NCBI GenBank assembly: GCA_025786725.1 | Contig: JAHLTZ010000060.1 | Span: forward strand, 1-64,000 | Direction of reading: 5' to 3' | From: Syncephalis fuscata S228 | Taxonomy: Eukaryota; Fungi; Zoopagomycota | DNA length: 64,000 nt | Shown: positions 38,421 to 52,500 of the stretch, one piece after another | Layout: the number at the start of each line of letters is the position of its first letter | Position numbering within the stretch: the first letter of the stretch is position 1 | Made by a program: the position numbers and the translations under genes | Notes under the pieces: model-generated | Told to the model about the DNA's origin: nothing | Seen by the model: the letters and a program-made list of their open reading frames with translations, nothing else | The model's database searches: none

Positions 38421-38525
38421 GTAGAATATTGGAAAATAGAATAGACCATTCAGATGCAATAATTCATGCTGTATGTAGATATAACAACGACTGCAAAATG
38501 ACATTAAATCAATTATATGGTTTCT
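38421..38525 (+). repeat. Dispersed repeat, degenerate copy 3
   Basis: GAATATTGGAAAATAGAATAGACCATTCAGATGCAA aligns with the copies at 17558 and 21651. Confidence 0.6.
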
Positions 38526-39350
38526 ATATATCTATACTATTATATAACATTTTATAATATACTGAATACACTATAGTGTTTATATGCTTCATGTAACTTA
38601 CTAAATGCATGAGGTAAATCAGGTGAAATTTATTAATAATAAAACTAGAACCAAAAGAACAACTGCAATAGTTAGCGCATATTTACTAGACAATAAAATA
38701 ACATACGATATAAAAAATATACGGTGTGAAATGACAATTAGCTATATCAAATTATTGAGTATATCTGCATGATCAATGAGCGGAATTAGTCGACATTTGT
38801 TAATAATAGAGCTAAAACAAACGCAAAAATAGTTTTGGATAGAAGAAGACTAGGCAAGTATAGAATGATAAATAAATGATAAATGTACAGTAAGAAAGCA
38901 TATAAAACGATGCCAAAGCTATAGAGCATATAATACAATGAGTGAACTGAGTGGAGTATATTGCAGCGTATAAAAAATAAAATGTGTCTAGTGTATCGTA
39001 GAATGATACATAGTAGTGTGGGACAGAATGGGAATGATATAGGTAAACGGTGGATATATGCGTACTGGATAACGAATTTATGATGACGAGTATTTGATGA
39101 CTGATGTCACTCACCACCCATCATCATGTTCAATAGACTGGATGTTATTAAATATTAGTCATTTGTCCTCCAAAAAAGCAATGTGTGGTGATGTGACGAT
39201 TAAATAAAACTCACCACTTGTCCCCATGTTCAATAGATTGAATGTGCAGTGCAATTGCGCGAATGTTATTAAATTTAGTCATTTGACACTGAATCGCATT
39301 AAATAATTAATAAAAAACAATTTATTTAGTGCACAAAACTAAATACATGT

Positions 39351-42023
39351 TTAAAAATCATCGTCTAATATTGATGTTAGTTATTATAATGTATTGTTAG
39401 TATGTACTTACCAAGTTTGTTGCGCTTGCTTTCTTCAGCTTCATTCTCTGAAGCATGAGAAAGCTGGCGCTTCTCGACCTTGGAAGAAGAAAAAGGTTCA
39501 ACCAAATTTGCTGCTTCTTGTACATTCTGTACCAGCTCTTCCGCTTCTTCTTCCACTTTTGCTTCTTCATTCTGATCATCTTCTTGTTGAACTGGCTCAT
39601 CTTCTGTGCCAGTTGCTTGTTTTTGAGCCACTTCTTCTGGCTCTTCCTTGTCCGTGTCTTGGATTGGTTGAGCGCTGTCCTTTAGTTTGGTTAGTTCAGT
39701 TTGCTCGGTTTCTTCGTCTTCTTCCAGGTCCTTTAGTTCTTCCAATAGCTGAGGGTCGCGATACCGCTCAACCAGCGTTTTGAATGGCTCGCTGAGCCAT
39801 GAATTCTTTAGCGCCATTCCAGCCGTGTATCTGGCCGATGGGCTTGAATTCAACAAAGCAGCTATAAATCCTATAGCTGCAATTGTATTAATAAATTGTA
39901 TAAATCTAAACCATATTACTTACCTTGATCTGTAACAGTCTTCCACACTTCGCCGCTGAACTGAGGCTCATCATTTATCATCTTGCGTACAAGAAAGTGA
40001 ATATCCGTAAATCCCTCAAACGGATGCTTTTCTATTACATGTGTTAATAAAAACATAATAATCTAGTCTGTTAGAACTTACTTGAGAATAAAGAATATAT
40101 TGTTACGCCCAGACTCCATGCATCAACCTCTTTGCCATATCCATCAACAGCATGGTCAGAGACATCAAATGTGTTGACGACTTAGATTCGCAGCTGCTTG
40201 TTCGATAATAGCACGCCCTCCCTTGCTTCCCAAAAAGACCTCAGGCGCCATAAAAATTGGCGTACCACGGTAATCGTCTGCAAGTGCTTGGCATCTTCCA
40301 GCTGGCACGCCAGCCCAAAGTCGGAATACATCACATGCGGGTACTTGTGATGTCCGCGCAAAAGGATGTTTTTGGGCTACAGCAACATTAGTTGATTATA
40401 TTGCATTGCCAATTGTTACTTACTTTAATGTCTAATGTTTGATGGTGAAATCACATACAATTACCAAATGTTGCTAATAAATAACCATTACACTTACCCC
40501 GATGAATAATGTTATTTTTATGCAGGTACTAATTGATCTGTGTTAGTAAATATCAATGGTATAATTATTACTCACCTTCAATCCACGCATTAGTTGGTGC
40601 ACAATATACTGTGCTGCAGGCTCTGGCAGGGGGTGGTGCAGCTTTAGATAGTTTTTTAAATCACCACCCTCTGCCATCTCGAGCACAACGTAGTTGAACT
40701 TTGCTGTAGCCATAAAATCCAACATTTTAACCATAAACGGATTATCGAGCTCGTGAAGTATCTGAATTTCAGATACGAATGTTATAACAGCTAAATCTGC
40801 CTCCTCTTGAGTTTTTTCCAGTCCATTGCTGGACTTTTTTATGGCGACGCGTTCGCCTGTGGCATTAATCTCTGCTACATATACTTTGCCAAAGGTTCCA
40901 CTAGTAAATATTAATAGTTAATATATTGCAATAATAATTATTGCTACACTCACGACCCAAGTATGGCCTTGCTGATGGTATATTTTTTTCCAACAGCCTA
41001 TACGTTATTGTGTTAAATTATTTTAATATCATATGTTAATTAAACCTACCATTTTATAATCTGGGCTGTTGTCGGGTACAATGTGGTCTGTGAGTTCCAG
41101 ATTATATACGCGAAAGGTTACTAATAATTGATTATTAATTATAATAATTATAACTATTTCATAACCTACTTTCACAGCCAGGAATACTGATAAACCCGCC
41201 ATTCAAAAAAATGATTCTTTTCGTATCTTCTGCATTTTTACCATTGACTGTACAGCATGTCAGTGTATAATTAAGGGATATTTTTATAATTACCAGTTAA
41301 TGCAACGCCACTAATGTTCTAAATAAAATTTAGTTATAAATGGAAATAGAAATAATATACTTACATGGAACATAATCAAGTTCCCTTCCTATATCAACCC
41401 GTAGTAATTAGTACAAGTTATTAAACGTTGATATGGCAATTACCATAAATATACGAAAGGACTGTTTTGGCGCAACTGCTTCTTGAATAACATAATCACT
41501 ATATTAATAAAGTCATCATTACATAGTTGTTAGTAAAAGTCATTTTACCTCAAATAGTAGTTAATTCAATACTTACCACTCGACGCCACTTCCAAAGATA
41601 AAAGTTTGCCCAACTCTTATCAATATCTCTATAATATTGATCAGCCAATTACACCACAGTTATTTATAAACTTTTACTTACCTGTGCGTTCCAAGTCGAA
41701 CACTTCTATCCATCCAGCTACATCACGCATCTCAACATGAGGCAGGCTGTCCCATAGCATGGGCGTCTTTTTGAGGAAGCAGGTGTTTATACTGTCGTCA
41801 TCAGATGGTTTAAGTGGTGCATTGGCTGCAGTAGAAGCAGTAGATATAGTAAGGCAGGAGGGACGGGGGAGGCGGATGGGCCAGCAACTGATGTATTAAC
41901 AGCATCTGGTACGTGGCTAGAATGTGATAGCGACTTAAGCGGAGTGTCGTTAGATGCCAACGACGCGGCATGATAAGATGGCTCAGCATTGCCATATGAG
42001 GTGGAGTTGTTTGAAGACGACAT
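39351..42023 (-). CDS. FHA-like domain plus CAMK kinase (Chk2/Rad53/Dun1/Mek1 architecture), many small exons, with frameshifts
   Basis: Spliced reading gives FIFGSGVECDYVI...VNG, LGSGTFGKVY, VAIK, HRDIKPKNIL (8-nt exon at 40424-40431), DFG, RGTPIFMAPE and DAWSLG. Frame breaks near 40285, 40182 and in exon 1. Confidence 0.82.
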
Positions 42024-43145
42024 GTTTACAATAAACTTGGCAAGCAAAGTACGTGTTCCGACAAAAATAAAGCTCAAATAAAGATAGATAACAAAGGTGG
42101 CAGCGCGTCACTTTTATTTAGCTAGCTATATGCCAGCACCGGCATGCAAGGTGGCAGCTGAACCAATGACGCACGAACAACGTCGATAATGGAACATTGA
42201 TTCAAAGTGCACAAAATACCAATTGCAGTCATGATTATGCGACATTCTGCAGCGAATAGTCTATTTTAAATTTGCTAGTAAAGTGTTTTAAATACATTAA
42301 CTGTGCAATGCTTATTACAACAGTCGATGTTAATTTAAACCAACCAGTTTGTTATACATACATAACAATATTCATTTCCAATAAGCATTTCATATCATGT
42401 AAATTAATGAGCCTATTTATTACTAATGTGTAATATTGATGCATACTCAAACAATACAATCAAATGCAATATGAATGAAAAATAGAATATTTATTAATAT
42501 ACAGCTACTCTAATTATGCTGATCAAGTATAGGCTATAAGAATTGAATGTATTATTTTATTGCACTCTTGTAATAGGCAGCAGCAATTTGACAATAATAT
42601 ACAACACCGAGCCACTCTGGTAATTAAATAATAAGTAAATGTGGTATATTAAATAAAAATAGTAACGGCTTGAATGACTAAAAATACAAACGACGGCACT
42701 CCATAAAGCTGGCATTTGCTACTTGGACGATCCTCTTGTACGGCACCAGGTGTCCTTGAAACTATGTGCAGTTGTATCCATGATCTTAATCTAATAATTT
42801 CCCGTTAATATTATAATTAATAATTATAAATTGCTATGTACCTGTCGTATAATTACAACATATGTATATTAATTAATGTTCTAAATTATATAATCTAAAT
42901 GGTTATCTTATAATCTAATATTTATAATTGTTAAAAGCCCCGATGCAGCATGTAACAAACGACAGTATAGAAGCATTCAGCCCAGCACAAAGCAATTACT
43001 CCAGATATTTGAGTAGCACCTTTAATGACATAGTGGATGTCACAACATATGCCTACATCTAAATAAAGACAACACCAAATATATGAAGCTCCCACTTTGC
43101 CGTCATCGCTACATACCGCTTTACAACAGTGTTATATTAATGCAC

Positions 43146-43790
43146 TTAACCATACATGCACACATAATACCGTAATAAAGCAGTGTACAATATGTAGCAA
43201 TCGTTAAAATAGCGCAAAGAGTTGTTTCGTATTGCACTGAATTTCCAGATGATGCTCGAATGCAATAAAAACAGCCGACACACTGAATTCACGATGTGAC
43301 TCAAATGCAGATACAAAACAATCGTTGCACTATATAGAACATCTAAGCTGCGCTCCACCCATCCTGTTTGCAGACAGTGTGATATTATGCTATAATACCA
43401 CACAATCGCATAGCTGCAATTATTACGTAGCCCACGCCAATTTTGTATGGATAGGTCCATAGTTGAGCTGAAGAAGCTATCTTGATAGTGCCAATAATAT
43501 TATGATATTGGCAACATGTAAGAGATAATCCTTCAAAGCAACCCATACGCAAGCTGCAAGCTAGCAGTGAACTGCCAACAAACAGTATGCTACACACTAC
43601 ATCGGGGCAAGTGCCTTCATCGTCCATATTCTGTGACATAGCAACAATGGCTGTATATCCATTATACTAGTCCCACACACCAGTGCACCACTAAAATAAC
43701 ACCGTAAAAGTAGCGGCCAACTACACCATTCAAGCGACCCTCCACTTGGCAGAACTTCTCACTGAGTCCTATTTAGACCACCACAGCACC
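43146..43790 (-). pseudogene. Degraded membrane-protein-like coding remnant
   Basis: GC-elevated stretch with hydrophobic segments scattered over several frames and interrupted by stops. Family not identifiable. Confidence 0.3.
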
Positions 43791-45175
43791 CACTGCAAAC
43801 AGTTGCACTATCGCAGCAGCTAGCTTAGTGGTGTTATACCAACTGGATAGCCCTTTGAATATTTGTACTGGGCACTACTATTACAACAGTTGCTTTAGTG
43901 GCGTCCGTCAACAAGTGTGCCGTCCTTCTGTCACAGCTTGTAACAAATGAGCAGACAAACAAGCATTGCACAACACAACACAGTGTAATATCGATAGCTT
44001 TAAAGTGCGTATCTAGTACACAACTCGTCCAGCTAGCCTAATAATAATATGTGTATTCGTGTGTGCCACAAGCAGACGTTTTAGCGTGCACTACAGCATA
44101 GCTCGCTGCAATTGTAAGTTGCAAAAGCAATTCACGTATTCTTGTAGCAAAAATACATAGTGGTAGTAGTGGAATAGGAGAAGAGTGGTGAAGAAAGTGG
44201 GCAGCATAGGCGACATTCGTGTTAAGCAGTTGGTGAAACTGAGATTGCATAGTTTATATATAGCGACCAATAACAGCATGTGTAGCTACAGCAATGGATT
44301 CAGATAGTGGTATATTGCTATATTAATATCTGCAATTACTTTATTAATTTGTTAAATGTAATAGAACAGCAATTATATTTTATTCCTTATTATTTAGTAT
44401 TTTTGTTTAATAAAATATTGTTACAAAATCAGATATTTGGTATTGTATGGCGAGCTAAGCAAGCAAATGGCGAATTAATGAAAAGGACCCTGATAGGAAA
44501 AACCTTAATTAGAGTACAACGAAGTTTAAACTGAACTTTGTTGAATCGTGTAATCTGATTAAGGAATGACAATATGATGAGCAACACTAATATGATAAAA
44601 CTATATAATTACAATTATACCCTGATGCCACCATATTATTATTTTGTGTGTATATATAAATAAAATTTATTTTTACAAACAAATCATTATTTTGTATTTA
44701 AAACCTACTGCTTAAAAAAGTTTTTATATTGTGATACAGTCATCATCAAATATTTGGCTCGATTGAAATTGTACTTTTGAAGCACTAATATTTTATTTTC
44801 TGTTACTACTGAAAATACAGTTGTAAGATATAATTTATTTTTTACATTGTAAAACCATGATCTTGCCAATAAAAAGTATTTTAACCAATGTAATGACTGT
44901 CGTATACAGTGTACTGTTTACATTGTTGCTCTTCTTTAACCATAAAGCAGTACGTGGTGCATCTAATGCAGTTTTAAAGGTAAATGCCGCAATTATGATT
45001 AAATAATATTTATTTAGCTTTCAAATGTACTTGCTTAGTAGCAATTGTATATTGTTTGTTGATTATCGACGAATATAAGTTTGTAATAAAATAGTAGTAC
45101 GCAAATTTGTATTAGCGATTATAACAAAATAGTGTATTATAATTTAGCATTTGTAATATATAAAATAAGGTGTGT

Positions 45176-47050
45176 TTAAACAACCCTTTCATTTTGAAAA
45201 GAAGCATTCAGTGCCATTTTTCTTGAGAACATGCTGTTTTTCGATCCGCAGAGTTCCGTACTAACTGAAATTTTTGTATTTTGTATTCCTCGAGAATTGC
45301 CTCCACGAGTAGAGCTTTTTGAATGAGTTTGAAAAATAAATAGTATTGCTATGAAGCGTATTGTATAGGATGTATTGGAGAGAACTTTTAAAACAAGTTC
45401 GTAATACACATCACGTGTCGCCATATTAGATAGTTCCATGATGTTGGAAGCAAAGACAAGTACATAACCAAATAGACAGATGGCACATATACGAGTTACC
45501 TTGAATAGCAATGTTAATATTATTTCCAAATAGCTAAAATAAGTATACTTACCAGTGATAGCGCACGTTCTGTGCTTTTACTTAAAGCACATTTGACTTT
45601 TGCGGACCAGAAGTTAATACCTATGTTGTAAAGCGTAAGATAGAACATTGAAATGGTTATGCAGCTTACCATATAACACAAATGTAGCCATAACAATAAT
45701 TTGAAATAGTAAAGAAAAGCCTATTTGTAAATATACTATATAGATTAGAATTTCTGATTCAATAAAAAAGTGAAAAGAAAATTTTAAAACAAAAGCAACT
45801 AAATAGGCAACTATAGCTGATATGATTAAACATCTAAATAGCTTGATCAATCTACTGTTGCCAATACCAGCTAGTATGGAATTCCTGTATAGTTATATAA
45901 AGCTTGCATTAGCATATTGCCATATAGCTCGTATATACAAAAAGACCTACCAAAACCACAGTAATAGACAGAACGCTACTGTTAAAAAGGCTGTCATAAC
46001 AAACTGTAAATGCGAGTGTAGAGTTGTAGTTGGATTCACTAGTAAACTGATGCACCAAACTAGTTATATATATATTGATGGTTAGAAACTACAATTTTTA
46101 ATGATCTCTAGTGTAGTGACCTACTAATGCTGGCTATTGTCACGAATGTAAAAATTGCTGAACGAATTAATTTTGGGTACTGGCGTTCGATTAGCATTTG
46201 TCCCAAATTAATAAATCCACGTAAAAGGGTGATAATCTCTAGAATGATCATCAAGTAAATGTAGGCTTGGTATTTTTTGGAAAGAAACACATCGTTCCAT
46301 TTACCAGCCTCTATTAATTTAATAATAATGTAAGCAGCTCTTTCACCGAATTACTATTTCCAGTCTAAAAAGTACCTACCTTGCTGAACTTTAGTAAGGA
46401 CTCTTATATCTGTGCGCCTTTTTATGGCTGCCACATAATCAAAGCCTTGTATTAATGCCATATTCATGATCGGTTTGCCCTCAATTTTTTCCGAGTTGTA
46501 ATCTTTATAGAATACCACATTTTGTGTAACAGTTTTGTATCCTGGACGCATACCCAGAATATAAAGAACAGCTTTAAAAGTTGGCTGCTTATCCTTTTCT
46601 AGTTGCTTATTAAGTTCATAAGCAGCTGCGGCTACCTATAAATATAAATACATATATCCTTGTTAGCATTTTGAATTTAAATATTTAACATCATATTTTC
46701 AAGCACACATTACATACCCGAGCCACAGAATAACACTTTGCATTAAGAGCGCTATTTTCTGCAATAAACAGGACAATTCTATCTTGAGCTCCTTTTAATG
46801 GAGGGCTTCTAACGGCAGCAAGATCGGCTTTTGGATATTTCAGTCGGCAAGTGACGTTACTTTCGAATTCAGCGCCAACCAACTCGCCAGTAGTGATGTA
46901 CGGAGAGACCGATATCATAAATGGATCTTCTGTATGAATTTTATAAATTTCATTATCTATTTTAAATGTAACGAGGGCAAACACTGATAGTATATTTTGT
47001 AAAAGAAGAAAGACTAGACCAGTAGCGAGAAACGTTAGTCGCCAGACCAT
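45176..47050 (-). CDS. Membrane protein with signal peptide, extracellular N-terminal domain and multi-TM C-terminus
   Basis: MVWRLTFLATGLVFLLLQNILSVFA signal, Cys-containing ectodomain, and a series of intron-separated hydrophobic exons ending at 45176. Confidence 0.7.
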
Positions 47051-47939
47051 GATGAATATGGAGTAGGAAAATAGTGTAGATAAGATGGAAACAAAAAAGA
47101 TAAAAAGTAGCCAATAATTATTTATGAAAATGGCTTGCTAGAACCAATGTCCTTAGTTAAATAGTCTGTGCCTTAGCCAAAAATGCTAATGTTATTAAAA
47201 AGTGCTGTTTTTACTTATGGTTACCCTGGGACTGGACAGGCCCATTGTACTTCAAAACCGGTTGGTTTTGATTAACCTCCAATCAAGTAGAGATTTCAGG
47301 CACAAGCTTGAATTTAGCACATGTCTACAAAATACATATGCAGCTTTATTTCTGTATAGAACGAAAGCTAATCTTTAAAATTATTGCTATTTTATTTAAA
47401 TAACGATATTACATAGTAGTTTCAACTCTAAAATACGGTTTAGTATCGACATGACTTTGCTAGTTAATCCAAAACATTTGTTGATCGTATAAACATAGTA
47501 CAGCTATATTTTGGTGTAGCCTTGTGTATTAAAATAGTGGCGAGCAGAGGCGAGAAAGTAAAAACCAATAAGATAAATACAGTAATCTATGTTTAAAATG
47601 CTAGAGGCATAATTTAAATAACCAAGCTATCAATTTAACAATAGCCTAATCCAAGGCCTTACTGCTTAAACATTTATCCACGCACTAGTGGTAAATCTAC
47701 ATGGCTGCTCTTCCTAAATATTGTACCTTAACACTATACATATCAAATCTTACGATACACTATAATAGGAATTAGTTAAAGGAATCATATACGCGTATAG
47801 CACTATAGTGACTCACAATGCTGCATATCATTTCCAATAATCGCAGCTTTATTCAGTATATATCAATATATCTATGCATAATAAACAACAAAGGATAAAT
47901 ATAAAGTGGCACTTTTCACCTTCGCTTCCCCTCTCTCTT

Positions 47940-50900
47940 TTACAATGTAAGCTGTTCGACTGGTGGCAATTTATGCAACGATGTAATGTGATTAATCATC
48001 GGGGACTGGTGGGGTGTTGCCACAGCCGCTTGTTGCTGAAATCCTTTTGTTTTATCGATGGTGGTCGCCATACATTGAGGACATCGCATTTGTTTATTCA
48101 GTTGAATGCCAAGCATGGCATCGGCTTTCCGGCTTACACTGCCATCGGGCATTGATAGTTGCTGATCCGCTAAAAACAAGTCACCATCAAATAGGCAGAA
48201 CTCGTGGAAAGCATGTCCACAAAAGAACAGTACATTGACCACCGATGCTAGGGGAATAGTCAGTTTAAAAAAGCAAAAAAATGTCTAAATGTTTCCACTT
48301 ACTGTCAAATAAAAGAGGCCCTTCACACAAATGACATATCATATTCTCCGCTATATCATCGATTAACAAACAATTAGTGATCACGTGTATTGTAGTGTGT
48401 CGAGTAACTTACGTGAGCAGCTATAGCCGCGTCGTTGTGCCGATAATTGCTGATAGCCCAAATCAGAAATATGCGCGGTCAATATTTTATTACAGTCATT
48501 TTGCAACGACAACTAAATGTAATCCGCAAATTATCGGTTTGAATAAGTATTATTGTGTTTTTAGCCAAACCTATCTTTTACCTACCTGTAATGCATAGTC
48601 TTGTAGTATTTTTGATATACCTTGTTTTAAACCAGGTATTTCGAGTTGTTTAGGTATCAATTCAACCAATCTTACTGGATCTACATGGGATCCCACTCCC
48701 TCAAGCAAGCTCTTAATAAATACTATACAAATATAAATGATCAGTTACTATTATTATCATTATTATATTACTATTAAATAAAATCTTACCTGGCTTATCC
48801 TTTGAATATGTCAATAAATTATCCCATAATTGGGCATCATTTTGTTCTTTGGCAAATTCAACTGCCTAATTGTTGTTAATCAATGTCATTCTACTAATAA
48901 CTAATGATATAGTTACTATTGCTATTTACCTGATGTACATCATCGAGTCGTTCAATAATCAGCCATAAGGCCTTGTGGCTATTACCCATACGTCCTAGTA
49001 AATAAACCATTTCTGGTATAAAATCTCGTTCGTAACAAATGTTATAGGCCTAGATGTTTATAAGTCATATGCTACATAGCCTATTATTAGTATCTTGCTT
49101 ACCTCTTCCAGTGAATAAGTATTACATGTTCGCATAAATGCTAGTAGTTTATGTGGTGCATACTCGGCATATAATTCAATCTATATTAACTGGTTAATAT
49201 ACTACAATTACTATTTATTACACTACCTGTAAATTATGATATTCATAGCCAATACTTGGATCATATTCAAATAGGGCATCTAGATAGATGAAGAGTAGCT
49301 TGCGATCCTTGGCTAATTGCTCCACGACTCGTCCCACCTATAAATCATATTAATCATCAATATATGTATATATAGCCTTGTTTCAAATCTATGCCTTACT
49401 GGTATAGCATCGGTATTAGTGACTAGCAACTTAACAGATGCATTAAATGTTGCCGATTCCAATAATGCCGAATCATCTGATGTCGATGTCGTCTGCTGTT
49501 GTTGACTGAATTGCATAAGTAACAGTACTTTATCTTGTACTTCTGCAAACAAATTATGATTACGAATTAATTCAATAGTATCCGGTCGATGAAGTCGTAA
49601 ATAATACTCAAGGGCCTTTTCCGGTCGATGTTCTGTTACATATCTATAGTACAAGAGGTAAATAAAACTATCAATATACACACCACCTAACTTACAATAG
49701 AGCAAGACACTCCATCAATGCCACATCATCTGGTGTTGATTGAATAACATCTTCAATAGCCACTACCACACTATGTATATCATATAATTGACTTGGCCAT
49801 TGTTGTAGTGTCATCCATAGTTGCTAATCAGCGTTAATATCTACCATCAATAACAATAACATCGTCTATCACTCACTTCATGATCAACATTTAGAAAGTG
49901 TACCAAGGCCATTTCATACACTGTATTACTTAGTTGTGTATCTTTAGTTGGTAGATACGGAATAATAATCTGATAACACATATTAATAACTGTATAGTAA
50001 TCACTCGTTAACACTTACCTTCAATTGTCCCACTGAAGCAAAAGCAAACACCCATTGTTCCCAGAGCAGTGTATTATTTCTCATTATAGTGGGACACCAT
50101 TTAGCCGCAGTCGTATAAGCCTCTGTACATACTAATTAATAACTAGTAGATACAACCTATGAATACGCTCATTACCTTGTTCAAATAGTGTTTCTAAATA
50201 CGCTTGACCAATAGTTCTACTGAATGTTCCGGTGACAATCCCGTCATGCCTTCTTGTTCCTCGGTTGATTGGGCACAAGTAAGGGCATCGGCATAGCGTT
50301 CACGGGCCAGTAACCAGGCTATATGGTCATCCGCGGTACGTGCTTCAGCCACAATCAAATCTTTCGGACCAAGTACATAGAACAGATCACCGGTAGTTGC
50401 ACAAGCTGTAATGATAACATGTTAGTATGGCAGTTAACTAATTCGATCAGTTATCTATCACCTAAACTGTAATCATTCGGCTGATAGAACTCGTAGCCTG
50501 TAATGGCCAAAGCATCAGCCGATATTTCCTCATTATCCGCATCTAATATTCTTAATTCGGGCAACGATCCCGTCTATACAAATCATCGTTTTATATTAAT
50601 ATGCTGCTATGTACTATTCTTTATTAATAACCTACTTTACGCTTTTGTCGTTCTAAATCAAGTGTCTCTTCATCAGTGTCCAATTGGTCAAATGTATAGG
50701 CAAGCACAAGAATCATATCACCATAGGGAACAATACCCGATACAATATAATCTGTCGATATACTAAAATATAGCAATTAGCATTACTATAGTATACAATA
50801 TATAATATAATATACTATAATATATACAATATACTTACACGGAAATAATTTCTACATAAAGTAATGACTGATCAGATTGTGTAGGAGATCGTGTAGACCG

Positions 50901-52254
50901 TGATTTAACCATAGCCATCTTAATACAATTGGCCCATCCAATGTATAATAAAGAGTCATTTTTCCACCGTAAATGACACTGATAAAGATCAGCCCGTGGA
51001 CTGTCTAAAGGACGATCAATAAAAGTAATTCTACGACCTGTGGTCACATCATGCATTTTAACACCCTAAATAACAAATATGAATTAGTTAGTTAATTAAC
51101 TAATTAATTAAATATACTATTGATATTACCATATCATCAGCCCAAGCAATAAGATGTGTACGCCAGGTAATAGCACCGATGGGACCAGCATTTGAATGTA
51201 ATGTAGTATTTTTACCACTAAACCAACCTAGAATAAACACATATATACATATATTATGATTAATACAACTAATAGCTGGTGTATTAGTGTAGACGTACCC
51301 TTTTCATATAATACAAGCTGTTCAGCTAGACCACCTGATACAATACGCCGTGCTGTACTTCTGGCGTAGTTCGGTTCAATAGCAACACATTTAAGTGGAC
51401 GCATGTAATTAAGAATAATAGGCGGTTGTTCGGCATAAAGGCTCTGTACAATAACATGTCCATCATCCGAGGCACTGGCTACATACTCGCCAGCCTGATC
51501 AATCGATAATGATTGAACAGTGGCTGCATGGGCACGGTATTTCTTCACTTCATTACCCGTAAAATCCATAATATGCACCATACCCCAATGTGTGCCAATA
51601 ATCTAATTATATACCTTTTGTTAATGTTGTTATAATATTATTTGTATAAATAGATTACCATAAATTTATCTGATACTAAAATGATACTGGCAGCATCTTT
51701 TTTAAATATTTCAACTACATTAGTTGCAGTTACTCGTTGATACTTTAAATGTGGTTCCTCCTCTCTCCTCTTCTTCTTCTTCTTCTTCTTCTTCGTCATC
51801 CTCTTCTTCTGTTTCTTCACTTTCTTCTTCCTTTGAATGTACAGAAGTGGCTGTTGATGCTGGCAAGGTCACATTTATTGAGTGAGGTGAAGCATGTAAG
51901 TGACCGTCTAATAAGAGTTGTGGATTAGACGATGTCATATCTTGCTTCTTGTCTTGTAGTTCTTTAGCTTCTACTTTTTCTACTTCTTCTGTTTCCTTTG
52001 TTTCTTCTTTTACTGATTCGTTTACAGTTACTTTTTCTTTTCTTCTTCTTCATTCTTTAGTGGTTCTACAGTCTAATAAAACGTCAGGTTTACTCATCTT
52101 GTATTAGTATATTTATTACCGTATCAGCTACAATACTGTCTACTGTCTCGATTGGTGACGACGTAGTTTCTGCATCATCGCCAAGTGGCACTGTTGCCAC
52201 ACTTGATGGGTCAGCATCAGCTGTTGTTATTTCCTTGTCATCAACACTTGACAT
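47940..52254 (-). CDS. VPS41: Vacuolar protein sorting 41 (HOPS subunit)
   Basis: Acidic N-terminus then EEPHLKYQR, WD40 region (ASASDDG, GGLA, WADD, YIGW), clathrin-repeat region (PEMVYLLGRMGN, DDAQLWDNLL) and C-terminal FFCGHAFHEFCL RING-H2. Confidence 0.93.
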
Positions 52255-52500
52255 GGCAGACTTGAATAAAAGCAATAGTAACTGTAGTAACTATAGGGTG
52301 CAGTAGTGAAGTAGTATAATAACAGTAATAAATGATATAAACACACAAATACACAGACGCACACTATAATTACGCTTTCTATTCTATTATTGATACACAC
52401 AAAACATCTCACGTCACTTGTCACGTGATGTAACTGACTATTTATTATAAGTTATATCAATGCTGTTTATTTACTGCTTGTCATATGTTGACAGTGCTAG

